47,076 nucleotides of DNA from Catajapyx aquilonaris (taxonomy: Eukaryota): the NCBI GenBank assembly GCA_000934665.2, contig JYFJ02003040.1:1-47076 (forward strand). The letters run 5' to 3'. Numbering within the stretch: position 1 is the stretch's first letter; each line of letters begins with the position of its first letter. The notes under the pieces are model-generated. The model was not told where the DNA came from, did no database searches, and saw only the letters and a list, made by a program, of their open reading frames with translations. Of the stretch, positions 26,101 through 39,642 are shown in pieces. A program made the translations under genes and the position numbers.

Positions 26101-27760
26101 TGCTGGACAAAGGGCTGAGGTCGAAACCGTTCGTATAGCGATATAATTACAGTTACATTTCTACCTTGAACAGCGCTAAAATGGACAGACCCGATGGGAG
26201 TAGGGTCTCAGATCCGTTATGCTGAGATTTTTAACACTCTGCATAATACACCTTGTCCTTGGACTCGATAGTAGGTCGGGCCTGATGCCTTCTGCCCCTC
26301 CCCCCAAAAAAAGAGTTCCTAGATTTTTGATGCAGGCTGCAAGCACGCGTGTATATCCGCGTTATCGAAGCAATCTGGACACGGTCGACCCTCAACCCGT
26401 GAGGTAATTGCCGTATAAAATTTACATCGTCCTTCCCTTTGGAGACATCCATTTATTTTCTGAGATAAAGCTCTGGCGGTAATGGATCTTTCTCCAGAGG
26501 GCCAGCCCTTTTCTGGAGTTTGGCGGGACAAAGCGGGGGTGGTAGGAGGGAAAGGAGAGAGAGGGGGGGGGGGTTTTAGTAGGGAAAGCCTGGGAGTTGG
26601 GGAACTTGGAGAATCCGTTTGGGACCAGGGCCATTCGCACAACCCTCGCTTGCTTAGCCTTACCGGAGCAAGCCAAAAAATGGGGGGAGAGAACCCCAAG
26701 TTGGTCGATGTTCATGCCCAGCCATATTGGGGGGTGGTCCTATCGCCTTGATGGATCCAGATTGCCCCTTGCCTTTTGTGCAGAAGTGCAAGGCGGGTGC
26801 TGCAATTCCATCCGCGATAAATGAGATGTCAGGGAGACACTGTTAAGGCTTCTCTCTCCCCCTGGGTAGTCCCTAGGTGACTGGCCCCCTTTGCACTTTC
26901 TCCGCCAGGAAAACAAATGGCCCCTGGGCGCATTGCCCCCCCGGTTTTCTTCCGCTGCGGTTTTCCTCGACCACTGCCGGTCAACCCCAGCCATTAACTA
27001 ACTGCCTTTATGAAATGCAGTGGAAAGGTATATCTCCAGCCGCATGTGGCTGCTGCTCTACCTGGCAACTCATCACACTGGGAGATAGGAAATGCTGGAT
27101 TTTTATGGAGCACACCCCAAAAAATCGGGGTTTTTTCAAGCTTTGGTGGACGTCACTTGCCTGTATCAGGAAATCTGGTTCCCATCGAGGGTGTACATCA
27201 AGCGGTGGGAGAGGATAGATAGGATCAAAGCCTCACTGGGGGTATTTCAAAGTGCTGTACAGTATAACGTGTATGGATGGAAAGCGGAGGTAAAAAAAAG
27301 AGTGAAGCTTGCTACGATTACTCGCGTTTGAAATCTGAAATAGGAAAAATGCCTGGACTGAAATGTATCCGATGAATATAGTTTGACAAAATGGAAAGGG
27401 TTTTTAAAAGAGAGAGGTCAATGATACCTGTAATCGAGTTTCTGATGTAGTTCACGCTTTAATGCTACATACTTTTTCATCACACAGAACCCTCGTTTCT
27501 CCCTTCGTCCTTCTGCCCCCTGTCCTCTGGGACACTTCACATCTCCCCTACCCTCCTTAACACCCACTCGATCGCACTTGTCTCGTACTTCTGATCACAT
27601 CTCCTCGCTCATCCCCTGTCTCTCGTTCGATCCCCCTTCCGATCCATACATTATTATGAGATGTTGCCTGACTGTCACTGGATTTTAAACGTCGCGTGTA
27701 AAGTTAGACAACCTCGAAATGTAAAAAACAAACTAGGTTCTTCCGGAGACAGGCACTTAC

Positions 27761-28044
27761 CCAATCACTCCGACCAAGAATTCGTGTGCAGGAAGCGAAC
27801 ATTCAAAGTCTTAACCCCCCGACCGGCCTCTTAATGCCCGACGTTTTTTTTTCTTCCCCGTACAAATTCGGAAAAGCCCGGTTTCAGCTCCGGATGTAAA
27901 GTTGAAGCCAGTGGATTTAAATGCGTCTGCCCGAGCCAGTTGTCTTGAAAAGTGAGCGACTCCCCGACAAGGTCGAGTCGTGATGAATACTGAAAAGGAC
28001 GAGGTACAAATTTTCTGTATTTTTTTTCTCTCTCTCTCTCTCTC
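27761..28044 (-). promoter_or_regulatory. Candidate Pol II core promoter plus first exon (GAGA tract, Inr, ATG-free leader, 14 codons, donor)
   Basis: On the minus strand: (GA)9 at 28044-28027, then TCAGT (A at 27991). The next 189 nt lack an ATG. ATG at 27802 reads MFASCTRILGRSDW in phase 0 into the consensus donor TGG|GTAAGT (GT at 27760-27759). TTTTCAG at 27996-27990 could instead be a splice acceptor. Confidence 0.35.
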
Positions 28045-30982
28045 ACTGCAGGTACGACACCAACTTTCTCCGACGGTGACCACCGCACAGTTGGGGCACT
28101 AAATCACTTTGGGAGGACCAACTTTTCACATTTAGTGGCCGGCTTCCGTCCTCGCCTCTGCTTTTTCCCTAACGATCCCGCAGAATAGTTTTTATTCGGA
28201 CTTTCAGAAATCCCCGGTCTCGCCTCTCTGGGTTTCAGTTTCATTTTATAAAACCCGACTGCTGCGTCACGATCTTACGCCGCTTTTGTTTCCTGCGAGC
28301 GATGAGGTGTTGTGGCGAGATAAAATGGCCCATTAAAGTCTTCCGTTTTCCCACGTTTGTGTGATTTGAAGTTGAGGGAGAAAAGCACAAGTTAGCGTGT
28401 TCCTCGTTTAATTAACCCCTTGAATATACTCACTGGCAGCAGCAGGGTGAATCTTGTAAGTATTTTCTCTGGCCAATCTCCTGCGTAATGGGAGCGTTTT
28501 ATGTTTGAAGGCGCAGCATCTTATTAAGAGGCTCGTTGGACGTTTTAGCTGCTATTATGTCCCCGAATGAGCGCTAATATGTTATAAATTATAGGCTACA
28601 TGTTATTAAATTTACATTTATATGGGGCTACTTATGGCAGGAAGAAGCGATGGGTTCTTCCTTGTTTCTTAAAAAAGGAAAAGGTTTTATGCACTTTTAA
28701 TGTACTTATCAATCGTCTAATAAGTTAAAGGTGAGATGTTTCCAGATACGCCTGGAGCGCCACAAGTACTGGAGCGGTCACTCCAAGGCCTCACAGATGC
28801 ACCAACATTAACCAGAGGCGACAAAGCCGCAATAACGTTTGTTGGCCAGCGCGCCACAAGACGGATATTCAACAAACAATAAGCGTATTACTTGATCCCA
28901 TTCTACAGTATATGCCAAACTTATAATCTGCTTTTAAAAATACAGTATAACTTGACTATTCCGGTTCTCTTCATGAAATTTGCATGGTGTAATGACAAAG
29001 CTTAGCCACTTAAAAGGAGGTTTCGCAAAAAGGCTAGTAACTGTGCTCCACTTTGCGAAAACTTGTGGCAATATTCAAGTGAAGTATTGAAAAAGGCTGT
29101 TGCATCAACGCACGTACGAAAAAAAACCGTGCTCTGTAAACCCATCGAAGCGTGAACCAGGTTACGCACTTGGAAACTGTAGGACCCGCTGCACACGAGT
29201 TAACTGAAGGGTTGTCATGCAACCTTTTTTTGCCAGCGACAAACACTAACCCGCCTCTGAAAAAAAAGAGTAACATAGTCCTGTGAATTGGATACAAAGT
29301 ACATGTCCCGATCTACTCCAGAGAACGAGCACACGAAAAAGAGTCTTGAAACCAGTTGTAAAACAGTCCAACAGAGCTTGACCGCAAGTGGTTCGCAAGA
29401 GGTATATATAGTTAACGCTTACTTGAAGCAAGTTTCCAGGCTGAAATTCGCGAATAAATCCTCAGGCAAAAATGGCCTTACCTGAACTGGACTCGCTGAA
29501 ATTGAAAACCTCGCGGTATTTTCCATCGCAGTTTCGATTGACACGAGGTATGCAAACAAAAATGCGGGATATGCAGTATGATCGGTATTGCGGCTGTGAG
29601 GCATAGTGTTGTCGGAAGGCAAAAGAAAACACTGTTTTGGGATGCTTTATTGTGCACAATACTGTATGCCATAGGAGACAGGCCATTTATACATTACGAT
29701 AGATATGTTAATTTCCTTGCGAACTGTGGGTGACGTGTTTTTTAAAGGGGGGGGAGGGTATTTTTTTGAAGTATATCCACCTCGCAGGCTGCATGACAGG
29801 TTCACAGATCGTCGTCATAAAAATGACTGTAAAGGTATACAGTATACAGTATGAAAGCAATGGTATTTACTTCTCGTTTTTTATATCCTTTTTCCTCTTG
29901 TCCGAGGCGCACTAAACGACATAGAAGACTACTAAATGGGACTATCGGTTAGAGATTGTGTCTCTGGAATCATCCGGCGTGCTGACGTTGTACTCACATT
30001 TACAGTACATCTATATGTCTCTGTTTTGCTAGAGTTGTCTTTTTTGCCGCTTTTTTGCCGTAGGGTTATTTTCAAGACAGTTTTATTTTTTAAAATTAAC
30101 CACCCGTTTTGAAAGTCTAGGTGTCGAAGGTGTAATTTTATTGTTTATTTCTCGAAAAGAAAATAAGTATTTTTCGGTATTGGGGGGGGGGGGAGGGTAT
30201 AGGATCCTTTCAATATTTTGCTAAAAATAAATGAAAAGGGTATACGGAGACGATTTCTACAAGTTTGAAACACTACGCAAACATATCGGCAACGTTCTCG
30301 TGCTCTGACCCCTGTCCTATAATTAACATTATGCGAACCTGTTTCCTTTCTGACATACCGTACCAGCCACAAATAACTCGAATCTTGTTTTTTTTCTACA
30401 TTTGATGCATCCTCATAATATGTGTCCACATCGGTGCTGTACAACTTGAGACGTCACTCGCGCTCACTTTTTCCCCCAATATAGTTTTAAATCCACCAAA
30501 TTTTCTCCGCCACTTTCGGATATTCCAGCTACCACCAATCAACTGAATGTAATGAACCGAAAAATACCGGAGATCCAAAAAGTCCCCTGTTAATGAGCGT
30601 TGGGTTGAAGGGTTAAAACGATGGCCCGTTTTTTTCAAATACGGAGTTTTAGACTCTATCTAGGCAGAATTTGTTCTGGCAGCGGCTATACATAGTTACA
30701 GGTTTCTACAGGGGGAAAGGAGGAAAAAATATCTAAAAAGGTTTTTTTCCGTAGCAGCGTCCGGTCGGCGCCGATTGGGTATCCACTATTTTGCCTCGCA
30801 TCACAAGAGGCGGTCAACAAAAAGCAAATAAACAAACCGTTACTTTTTCTCGTCAGGTTGTGCACGATCAGTCAGGTACACACTCCCATAGTCGACATAA
30901 TGGTGGAAGTAATCTGGCAGCATGAAATACATAATAAATGCTCCTTGTACGTCTCGTGTTGCGTCTGGACGCACTCTGGTAG

Positions 30983-31007
30983 CACACACACACACACACA
31001 CACACAC
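30983..31007. repeat. (CA)12 microsatellite
   Basis: Direct reading. Confidence 0.95.
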
Positions 31008-34000
31008 TGCATTCGCTGCTGTTTTCCATCACCTGCGGAAGGATAAAATTGCATGTGATTACAATATTGGCCGAAAGTAGGTCAAAATCGGCGTGATGCA
31101 CAGCAGATAGTGTGCGTTACAAAGCGACAAAGTCATGCGAGGCGGACACCAATGGTGAGGGGCAGGGCCCCAGAGGTGATATTGGAAGTGGTCATTGGGG
31201 AATCTGTCCAAGTGTCGGTGCGAAATAATTGCGCGGATACAATTGATCGCCGGGACCCGAACACAGGGTGTCAGGTAATGATGAGTACAGACTTTTCCAG
31301 GGCGAGCCATACAATTTCTGTGAATATAATGTCAAAAAATATCACCTCATGTAAGTAAAACCTGACAGTGCAATGGTTGCATCAAACCAAATGATATCAG
31401 ATGCAAAACAATTCCTCTTGAAATATTCAAAATGCAACTGAAGAACACCCTGTACAATCCGTGCAAAAATCCACGCACTAATCACTACCGTCGAAAATAT
31501 CTTCATTTCTCTCCCACCCCACCCTGAAAGCGACTCTTCCGTGCGACTAATTACTCTTATTAATAAACTTGTTGGTTGTGGGCAAACACACGACCCTGCG
31601 ATTTTGCAAATGGACGTGTCTTTCGAGGATACAAAAAGGATCGATCAGACAAGGCGTCGAGTAGACGTCTTTCTATTCCGCAAATTTTTTTTCGCTCACA
31701 ATGCAAGCGACGAGAACTGAAGTGGGTTAAATTTCTCGCTTAACGTTCCTCAGTTTTCATCAGGGTGGACACAGGTCCTTAGTATTATCAGCTGGAGGAA
31801 GTGGGTGGGTGGGGGGGAAGAGGGCCTGAATTAAGTAGAAGGAAAGGCAGGCACGTAGAAGGCATACATCCTTTCTCAGGCTTCCTAATATCGCGAAATG
31901 CCTAAAGGGCAGGCCCGCTGCGAGAGGATATCTTCTCGGGGGCTTCCTCCCCTAGTTGAGTCATAACTCGCACGCAAGCAGATTCCATTTGGCGGCTGGG
32001 GCTGCTGGGTTGTAATCGAAGTGCGGGTTTGAAGCACACGCCCAAGGAAGCAAGGCAGAGGCCCCCGCAGGTTTTGACACACCCCAGGCGACAGAACGGA
32101 AATCACGGACAAGGCCCCGGGTACAGAGGACCAATTAGAAGCGACAAGCGGAAGCGGCCGTTAAGGAGAAAGCGGGAGATAAAAGCGAGCACGCTCATGG
32201 AAAATGTCGCCTTCTCCCCCCACGCTTTTTTGGAGTCGGGGAAAATAACAGGTTTATCCTTGCGGTTCAGGGCCACCAATGCGCCACTTCTGTTCGCAGG
32301 GATATCGCACTAACAGGATACAATCATTGCACTTCTCCTGGCATCTTCCGCCTGTCGGTTTTAATTGGTCTTATCAGGTCCAAGTCCTGTCCGTGATTTC
32401 CGTCCCGTCAATTTCGGATCAGATCCGAGAGGGAAAAGTGCAGTCTGAGCTTGGCCTAGCTGCAACTGCAGCGCTCAAGTGAACATCGGGCAGAAATGTG
32501 CATTTGCTTTCCTCCCAACAAGATCCGGCTGTCTCATCAAATCGGATTGTTGGCCAACCACCGTTACACACCAGAACTTGCTAACATTTGAGTGACAAGA
32601 GTGTCTGCAAACACTAGGTCAGATTCCATCGATCTGGCTCCGTTATTTGAACAATGCCAGAATGATGAAACCTTATGGATGACAGCCCATCAGAATTTGA
32701 TTACTGCTTTCGTATAGATATGAAGGAAACCAACAAAGTGTTGTTGCAGAGATATTGCGGAGGAAATGTGGGCGGATGTACAACCAATCACGACCGCCTT
32801 TCATTTAAGGCGATTTCCTAGACTGTGGTGCGTTAGAGGCGCAGTCGCATCATTGGGTGCCTATGGCTCAGGATGCCAACAACTGCAGACGAGCTCTTTC
32901 CGCCAACAATCTCGGGAGGGAAAGGAATGGTCCCGAAGGAGTCCATTTCCCTGTCGGGAGAGAGAGTCCTCCTCCCTCTTTTCCTTCCCTTATAACCCTG
33001 AGGGAAAAGCGTGGGTAGTAGCCCGCGACAATTCCTTCAGGCTGCCTGCTCCCCGGCCGATAAGAGCAGGCAGTTCCGCATTGGGAAGGAATCCGGGAGC
33101 ATCTTTGCCCGGATTTAGGGCTCTTTGGCCCAAGGCACAAATTGCCTTCGTTCGTTTGCAGCCGGGGGTGCCAGGCCTGCCAGCCAGACGAAGGGAGGGT
33201 GCCAAGCATAGGTTCCAAAATGAACGCCGCGGGACTGGTATGAAACAGAAGGCGTCGATAAACGTCGCTGAGAGGAGTTGGTCGGAATGGTGTTTGGATT
33301 GCCTGCAACCCCTAGAGAGGTACTGAAACATGCAACTCTACCAGAGGAAAAAACGGCCCATGCAAACATGCGAGGTAGTAAAAGTCATTTTCTGTATAGG
33401 CCTATAAGTATAAAGGTAGGAAATGTGGAGACGACGTGTGATTGACTGCGTATCATGTAGTGGTTTCCAATAAATTTCGGCATCTCCTATCGGAATACGA
33501 TAATTCTTATCGAGAAGTCCTCCCCATTCAGGTGATGCAAGATTCAGGACTTTGCTCTGACTAGTCTGACAGATTGGAAATGGAATTGAGATGTTCATTT
33601 ATTATGAAATTACGTGCATGTAGGAGTCATAAAAGTGCAAGTTCCTTCACTTACTCTTCCAATAAATGAAAATGTACAAATCCTTCTGCCATCACGCTAA
33701 TGACGTTAGTAGTACTGCTTCACCCACACTTCTGTCAAAATTTTAATATTAGAGACCATTACGGCACGAAAAGGAGTGGGAAAATTGCCAGAATATTAGT
33801 GACATCCTGTCACTGTACTGTGCTGTGTCGCACGGAAATGACAAAATGAGGCTGCACTGTACAACGCTTCTGCGGAGAGGATAGTGGCAAACTGAGTAGG
33901 TATAAAGGACTTGTCGATATGTGCCAGCCAGAGGGGGTGCAACCCAGGAACATCATCACCTCCAGAAAATGACACTTAAATCGAACTTTCACACCTCATT

Positions 34001-35592
34001 ACGCCCGCTCATTACGATCAGCCTGCCACTAGTTTCTGATGACCCAAATTTTTATCCAAAAAAATGACGAAATTCAGCTAACTCAAGTTAGCAGGCAAAG
34101 CGGAAGATATACGAAAGGAAGCAAGCCCGATGCACCACGCGCAGTTACTCACATTTTATTAAACGTAAACCAAACAAGTGGAGCGTCAGTTACGGTCAAA
34201 AAACAACTATCTCAGGATGTTCAGTAAAACTTTAGCTGTGCTGAATATTCTTGAATGAGGGCAGCATATTTCATGGCAAATTAATTCAAAACGGACCTTA
34301 CTCTCGCTAACCAGCAGAACATTCCTTGGAGCTTGAATATATCCTGATGTACTGATATGGAGCGACATGAAAGATTTTCTGGGGTTGCCGCAACACTGTG
34401 GTAGTTGTGTGACACGTGCCTGAGTCCTATTAAATTCAACCGAGCCCTGCTGCACTGCAAGCTGAATCAACGAGAACCCTTTCCCTCCTGCATATTTTAC
34501 AAATGGGGGAGTAAATGCCCTGCGAAAACAAAAGAAAGGCTAGCGTTAAAACGTATGCCGCGGGGCAAATATGACGAAATTGCGAGGTACCCTCATGCCT
34601 CTAAAATACGCTGGTAAAAATAATTGCGGTCCAGTAAATTTTGTAAGGAGCAAGTAGCTGGGAACTGTGTAAATACACGTGAGAGGTTGGAATAAGTAAT
34701 AATTAACAAGTGTGTGCATATTCCAAAATTAGCAGTAGCACAGAGGGCTGAACCAACATGACTTAAACATTATATAAGCCACATGGGGGTCACACGGATT
34801 AAATTGGCCAACAAGGAACATGCATTATTTTTTATGAAAGCCAATATTCCTTTGATGACTATTTTATACATCTGCCGCCATTAATTTCACACATTGGCAC
34901 TTCCATTCCTCTTGAGTAAATGTTTTCGTTCAGCTCACTGCACTGGCCCAATTTACAAAATATCTACATAGATTTTGGTGCAATATTTCACTAAAAACGA
35001 CGAAATATTCAGTCAATTTGAAACAATATTCTCACACAAAAGCCCTTGGTGCTCCGGTATTTCAAGTAGTGTAGTGGAAACCCACTCACAATAATGGAGA
35101 GATTATAGTTCATGAATGGGTTTTAACTCGCGCAGAGAAAAAACCTTTTGCATGTTGTTGAATGAACGAAATAAAGTGCTACGTTGAACTCGGCCATAAG
35201 CCACTTGAATCAATGCATTCCTAAGAAGTATAATACACTATTTTATGGAACTCCCTAATTTTCTCCTCCACTGCCGAAGCGTCAAATAAAACAGCAAACA
35301 CCTTTGAATCAGACCATTCAGTATACTTTAAAAAATAATTACACCAAATTTCAGATTCCTACCTAGCATGATATATGTATCTTCTCGAAAAAGATACGAA
35401 ACGGCCGCAGTTATCATTATGGTCGCAGCTGCTCCTTCCCAGTCATTTTTCCGCATTATTTTTCTCCCCGGACGAGCAGATTCTCTTTAGAGATTATAAC
35501 CTCCGACTGTAGCAATGAAGTGAACAGTTAACTATTGATTTGGCTACGAGCATGCGCCGCCTGGGCCTTAGGATTCCTCAAAAAGTGGACCA

Positions 35593-35618
35593 AGAGAGAG
35601 AGAGAGAGAGAAAAAAAA
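35593..35618. repeat. (AG)9 microsatellite followed by A8
   Basis: Direct reading. Confidence 0.9.
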
Positions 35619-38600
35619 TGTGGAACCCTAAGGTAAGCTGCAGGGAAGAGCTGACTAGTAGTAGGGGGATTGGAGAAGGAAAAGGGTTCCCGGAGGATCG
35701 CCTTTGTTGACGGTATCATGCGACCAATCACATCCTCGCATTGGATTCCAAGGTGTTTCTAAATCCACCGGGAACCACCCTGGAGAAGACGAGGAATTGA
35801 GTGGTGAAATTCGCCTCGTCAGGTCCTGACTGACCTTTTCGAAAGAAGGCGGATATCAGCCCGAAGAGTGAAACCCTCATAAGAAAATGTATGCCTGATT
35901 TTTCAGTACATTATAGTGTTTTTTCAGGTTTTATTTGCATTCAATTGTGGATTGGCCGTCAAATTTTTCACGTCAGAAAAATTCGGCCGCTATAGGCTAG
36001 AGAAACAGCATCAGCAGCTGCTCCATCTAACGTGAAACGTGCAAACTATTCTCACAGTCCCGTTTAATGTATGTAATCAGCCACCTTTAAAACATCACAC
36101 ATTTTTTCTTCCTTGAATTACTTTCATGTACTGTAAAACGGCGCCATGGGGGACCTTGGTCAGAAATGAAATTCTGAAGGCAAAGTGCGAACGTCGTAAT
36201 TGTTTCACTCGCACACGCAATGTCCGATGGTAATTAGTTGGAAACTCCTCTCCTCTCGGCGGAATTGTCGGCGTGGGAACGTGGTAATGAAGAAAGCAGA
36301 ACGTTAATTAACTTGGCTTTAAGATGAATCGTCGCAAGCTGCAGCCAGGGGGGCCCCTGAGGTGGTCCCGAGACCAACTTGAGCTCAGAAACAGTTGATA
36401 CAACGAATGCTTTATATCTCTTGCTCCATGGCTGGTGGACTTATTTCATTGCTTTTTTTTAGAAGGGTCGAGACCCAAAAGGCAAAAGGGTCTTTTACAA
36501 CGACCTTGTTATCGTGCAGGAAGAAAGGGGGAGGATGCTTTGATACGAGCTACCCTCCGACAACCAAATTACCCGCATTTTCATTTATTCGTCCTGCGCC
36601 AACTGAACTGGAGGACATTCATCCTTGGATTACAGTAGTAAAGATTTCACTCTGCCACGTGGAACGGCTCGCAGGAGATGAACTTCTTGAGAATATTCCT
36701 AACAAATTGCTTTCCGACATGCGATGCATGCTATACGAGCAATGACACAATGCGATAATAGGTGTAGTCGCGTGTAAAAAAAATACGCAAGTGAAAAGGA
36801 ATAACCATTCAGAACGATCATGTAAAATTTTTGCTTATGTGACATCAGGCGAATTTAAACTCACAAACGCGGAATTAGGTAGGAATATGAGTTTAAAAAT
36901 ATATGTATATCCGAGATCTAATTAAAGGTCTGACACAATTCACTGCAATGAATGCATTCAGAGTAATCGAGGTCAGAGGTGAATGAGGTTAACCTTATCA
37001 CAGAAATTCAGTATTCACCTCAGTGCACCATCCCGCCGCTTTAAAAAATAAAGAGATGGCCTGACGTCAAAGGGAGAGTGTTACAGTACAGTGACGACAG
37101 CAATCCAATAGTCCGTCATTAAAAGCGATAAAATACATCAAGCGCAACGGACTGTATCAGTGCTGCACGTGTAACCCTCAACAACTTTGATTATAATTAT
37201 GCAGCCAGGGGCACTACAGTATAAAAGCAGAATATACATACGTACACACACATGTACTGTATCGCTCAAAAACCTAGAGACGATTTTGCATTTGGCTCAA
37301 GTGCAGCCTGCACTTGAATCAAATGCAAAATCGTCTCTGTGTTTTTGAGCGATATAGTACACCCATGAGTACACACAAGTTGACGGTCAGTAGTGTCAAT
37401 TTGGTCAAAGCAACGCGATGTATTTTGAAGCTCTCTAAAAAGAACTCCCCGTTAATATTTGTACATTGGGTCACTGAACTTTTGTCCGACCAACCATACG
37501 CTACAATTTCCTGGAAAATACTTGTCGCTCAGCCAAATGTGCCTCCCCACACATGCTATTTTCTTGCAAACATGCGCCTACAAAAGCAATAACTGGCGAT
37601 ATGAAGCATTGTCGTTCTTTTTTTTCTTGAACGTCACATGAAGAATTCAGTATCATTCAGGGAAGTTACACTTGGCTTAGTTATGGGTTGCACATGCCAA
37701 GGGACGGTCCTTCCACGCAAAGAGCATGAATTATGCAAATAAGATGTCATACTCCAGCTTTGAACGCTATACGAGCCCTTCATGTCGAGAAGCATAGAAG
37801 CAGCGTGGTTTTACGACAGTCTTACAATCTTTGGTTTTTCCTCTCCTTGGGCACGCTTATTTATTCACTTGTTTATGCTGTGTTGCGGGTTGAAAGCTCT
37901 CCCGAGGAATCTCGGGGGCTAGAGAACCTTGATCTCTTTACTGCCTTCGAGGTCTCCTCGGGAAACCAACAAAAGCCTTAATAGAAACTCCACTCTTCAC
38001 CACAAGAATCAACCCTCCCGCTCAGATCCCGATGGGGTGAGATGTAAAGCCTCTTTTCGGATATTCTCGCTCGACATGTTCGCCACATTCCGAGATCAAC
38101 TGGAAGATGCGATAGCAGTGAAAAATGTGGTGAAAACGCTGGGTTTCAGGTAAATGTGCGGAAGAAACGCCTCAATTAATTTGAACAGAAATTGAATTGC
38201 CAAGAATTCACCATTTATATTGGAAAACAAAATTTGACCGTACTTTCAAAATGTACGTAAATCCGGTTTTCAGGCTTCCTGTTAAACATGTAAGGTTCGA
38301 AATTGGATTGATCTGACACCATTTCCTGGAATCTTCCGGGCAGCAGGTCAAGGCTGCCTTGATCGGTTACAAATGACACAACGAGTTACTACCCTCTTTT
38401 TTTCCAAAATGGGCCATCTGAAGGCAGGAAAACGACACTTGGAGGTCACTTCTTCGAACCCAATAGTCACTAGGATCCGGAGCAAAGCAAGACATAAACC
38501 GGGCCTTATGGATTACTCCTTCCTCGCCATTCGCATGGAACTGGCATGAATCATTTAGTAGCTCGCCACCTGCAGAGCTCGCTACTTTCGCCTAATGTGG

Positions 38601-39618
38601 ATACATTTTCAACTTGAGCTCTCTCCAAGCCGAAAATGGAGGCAAAGTATACCAGGTATTAAATTACAATAAGGGGACGGCTCCGGCTACATAATTGCGT
38701 GATCTATCGAGTCTTTTCTTATGGACTGAAAAAAAAGAAGAGTTGGAGGACACAAGTAGAGCAGGCGGGACGGACACGGGTTATTATCCTCCGCCTTCTC
38801 CGAAAAGTTGGGGGGGTTCTCGGGAGTCGAAAGTGGAGAGGTGACAGAGGCAGGGAACAAAGGGAAGATTGGAGGGAGGAGAACAGACGGTACCGACGGA
38901 AGGATCTCGCTGTCAAACGCACGCTTCCCAAAGTCAATAGCACTTAAAGGGAGACAGCCTTTTGACTGATCTCGACGGTAGTGCCGGAGCCTTTCCAGCA
39001 GCACAATGGGCGACGATCTACCTACTCAACTACCGACAACTCCGTCAAGAAAAGGTGACAGACACCACCCAACTAGATGTGCCTAGAAAAAAGCGCCATA
39101 AAAATCCTACTAACATCTACCAAGAAATAACATTATAAATATAATGTACAGTGGTGGAATCAATGGAGAGCACAATCGCCGCCTGGCGGAGCTTCTCTTT
39201 TTTACATGAAGCATCTTAAAAAAAAAACTCCCCCAGGCGGCGATACTTGTGCTTCTCCACTAATTTCCACCACTGTACCCTACGCCACTTTTTATGGAAA
39301 AACGTTATGGTGTTACTTTTTTTTGTCTCGCTCGTCCCTATCTGATAGGCCTGCCGCTAACTCATATCAGACCAGAATCTGTGATATCTGACACAAGTCT
39401 TGTTTACGCCCGAGAGCAGCGTTTTCCAAAACCACTCTGCCTGACAACCGTCACGTTACATGGAAAACACATGTCAATAACGCTGTTTCCGTGATGAGTC
39501 CCGGAGGCCCATGTCTCCGGTGCACAGGTCGCCTCTGGGCTGATGAGTCCCTTACAAGGTTCCGCGGTTTCCCGTTACACTGACTCGTCCCTGCTATGGA
39601 GGAAAAGGCATGTTACAG

Positions 39619-39642
39619 TCTCTCTCTCTCTCTCTCTCTCTC
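39619..39642. repeat. (TC)12 microsatellite
   Basis: Direct reading. Confidence 0.95.

Noticed and set aside
30590..30616. piggyBac-like end GAAGGG-TTAA
   Set aside because: No matching TTAA-CCCTTC partner was found upstream; the candidates at 28412 and 30096 diverge almost immediately.
32766..33326. 186-aa ORF containing RFQNERR
   Set aside because: It superficially recalls homeodomain WFQNRR but lacks the invariant Trp and the helix 1-2 residues.
39538..39575. Hammerhead ribozyme (CTGATGAG)
   Set aside because: There is no stem II followed by GAAA. Other CTGANGA hits (e.g. 17532, 24272, 34036) fail the same way.
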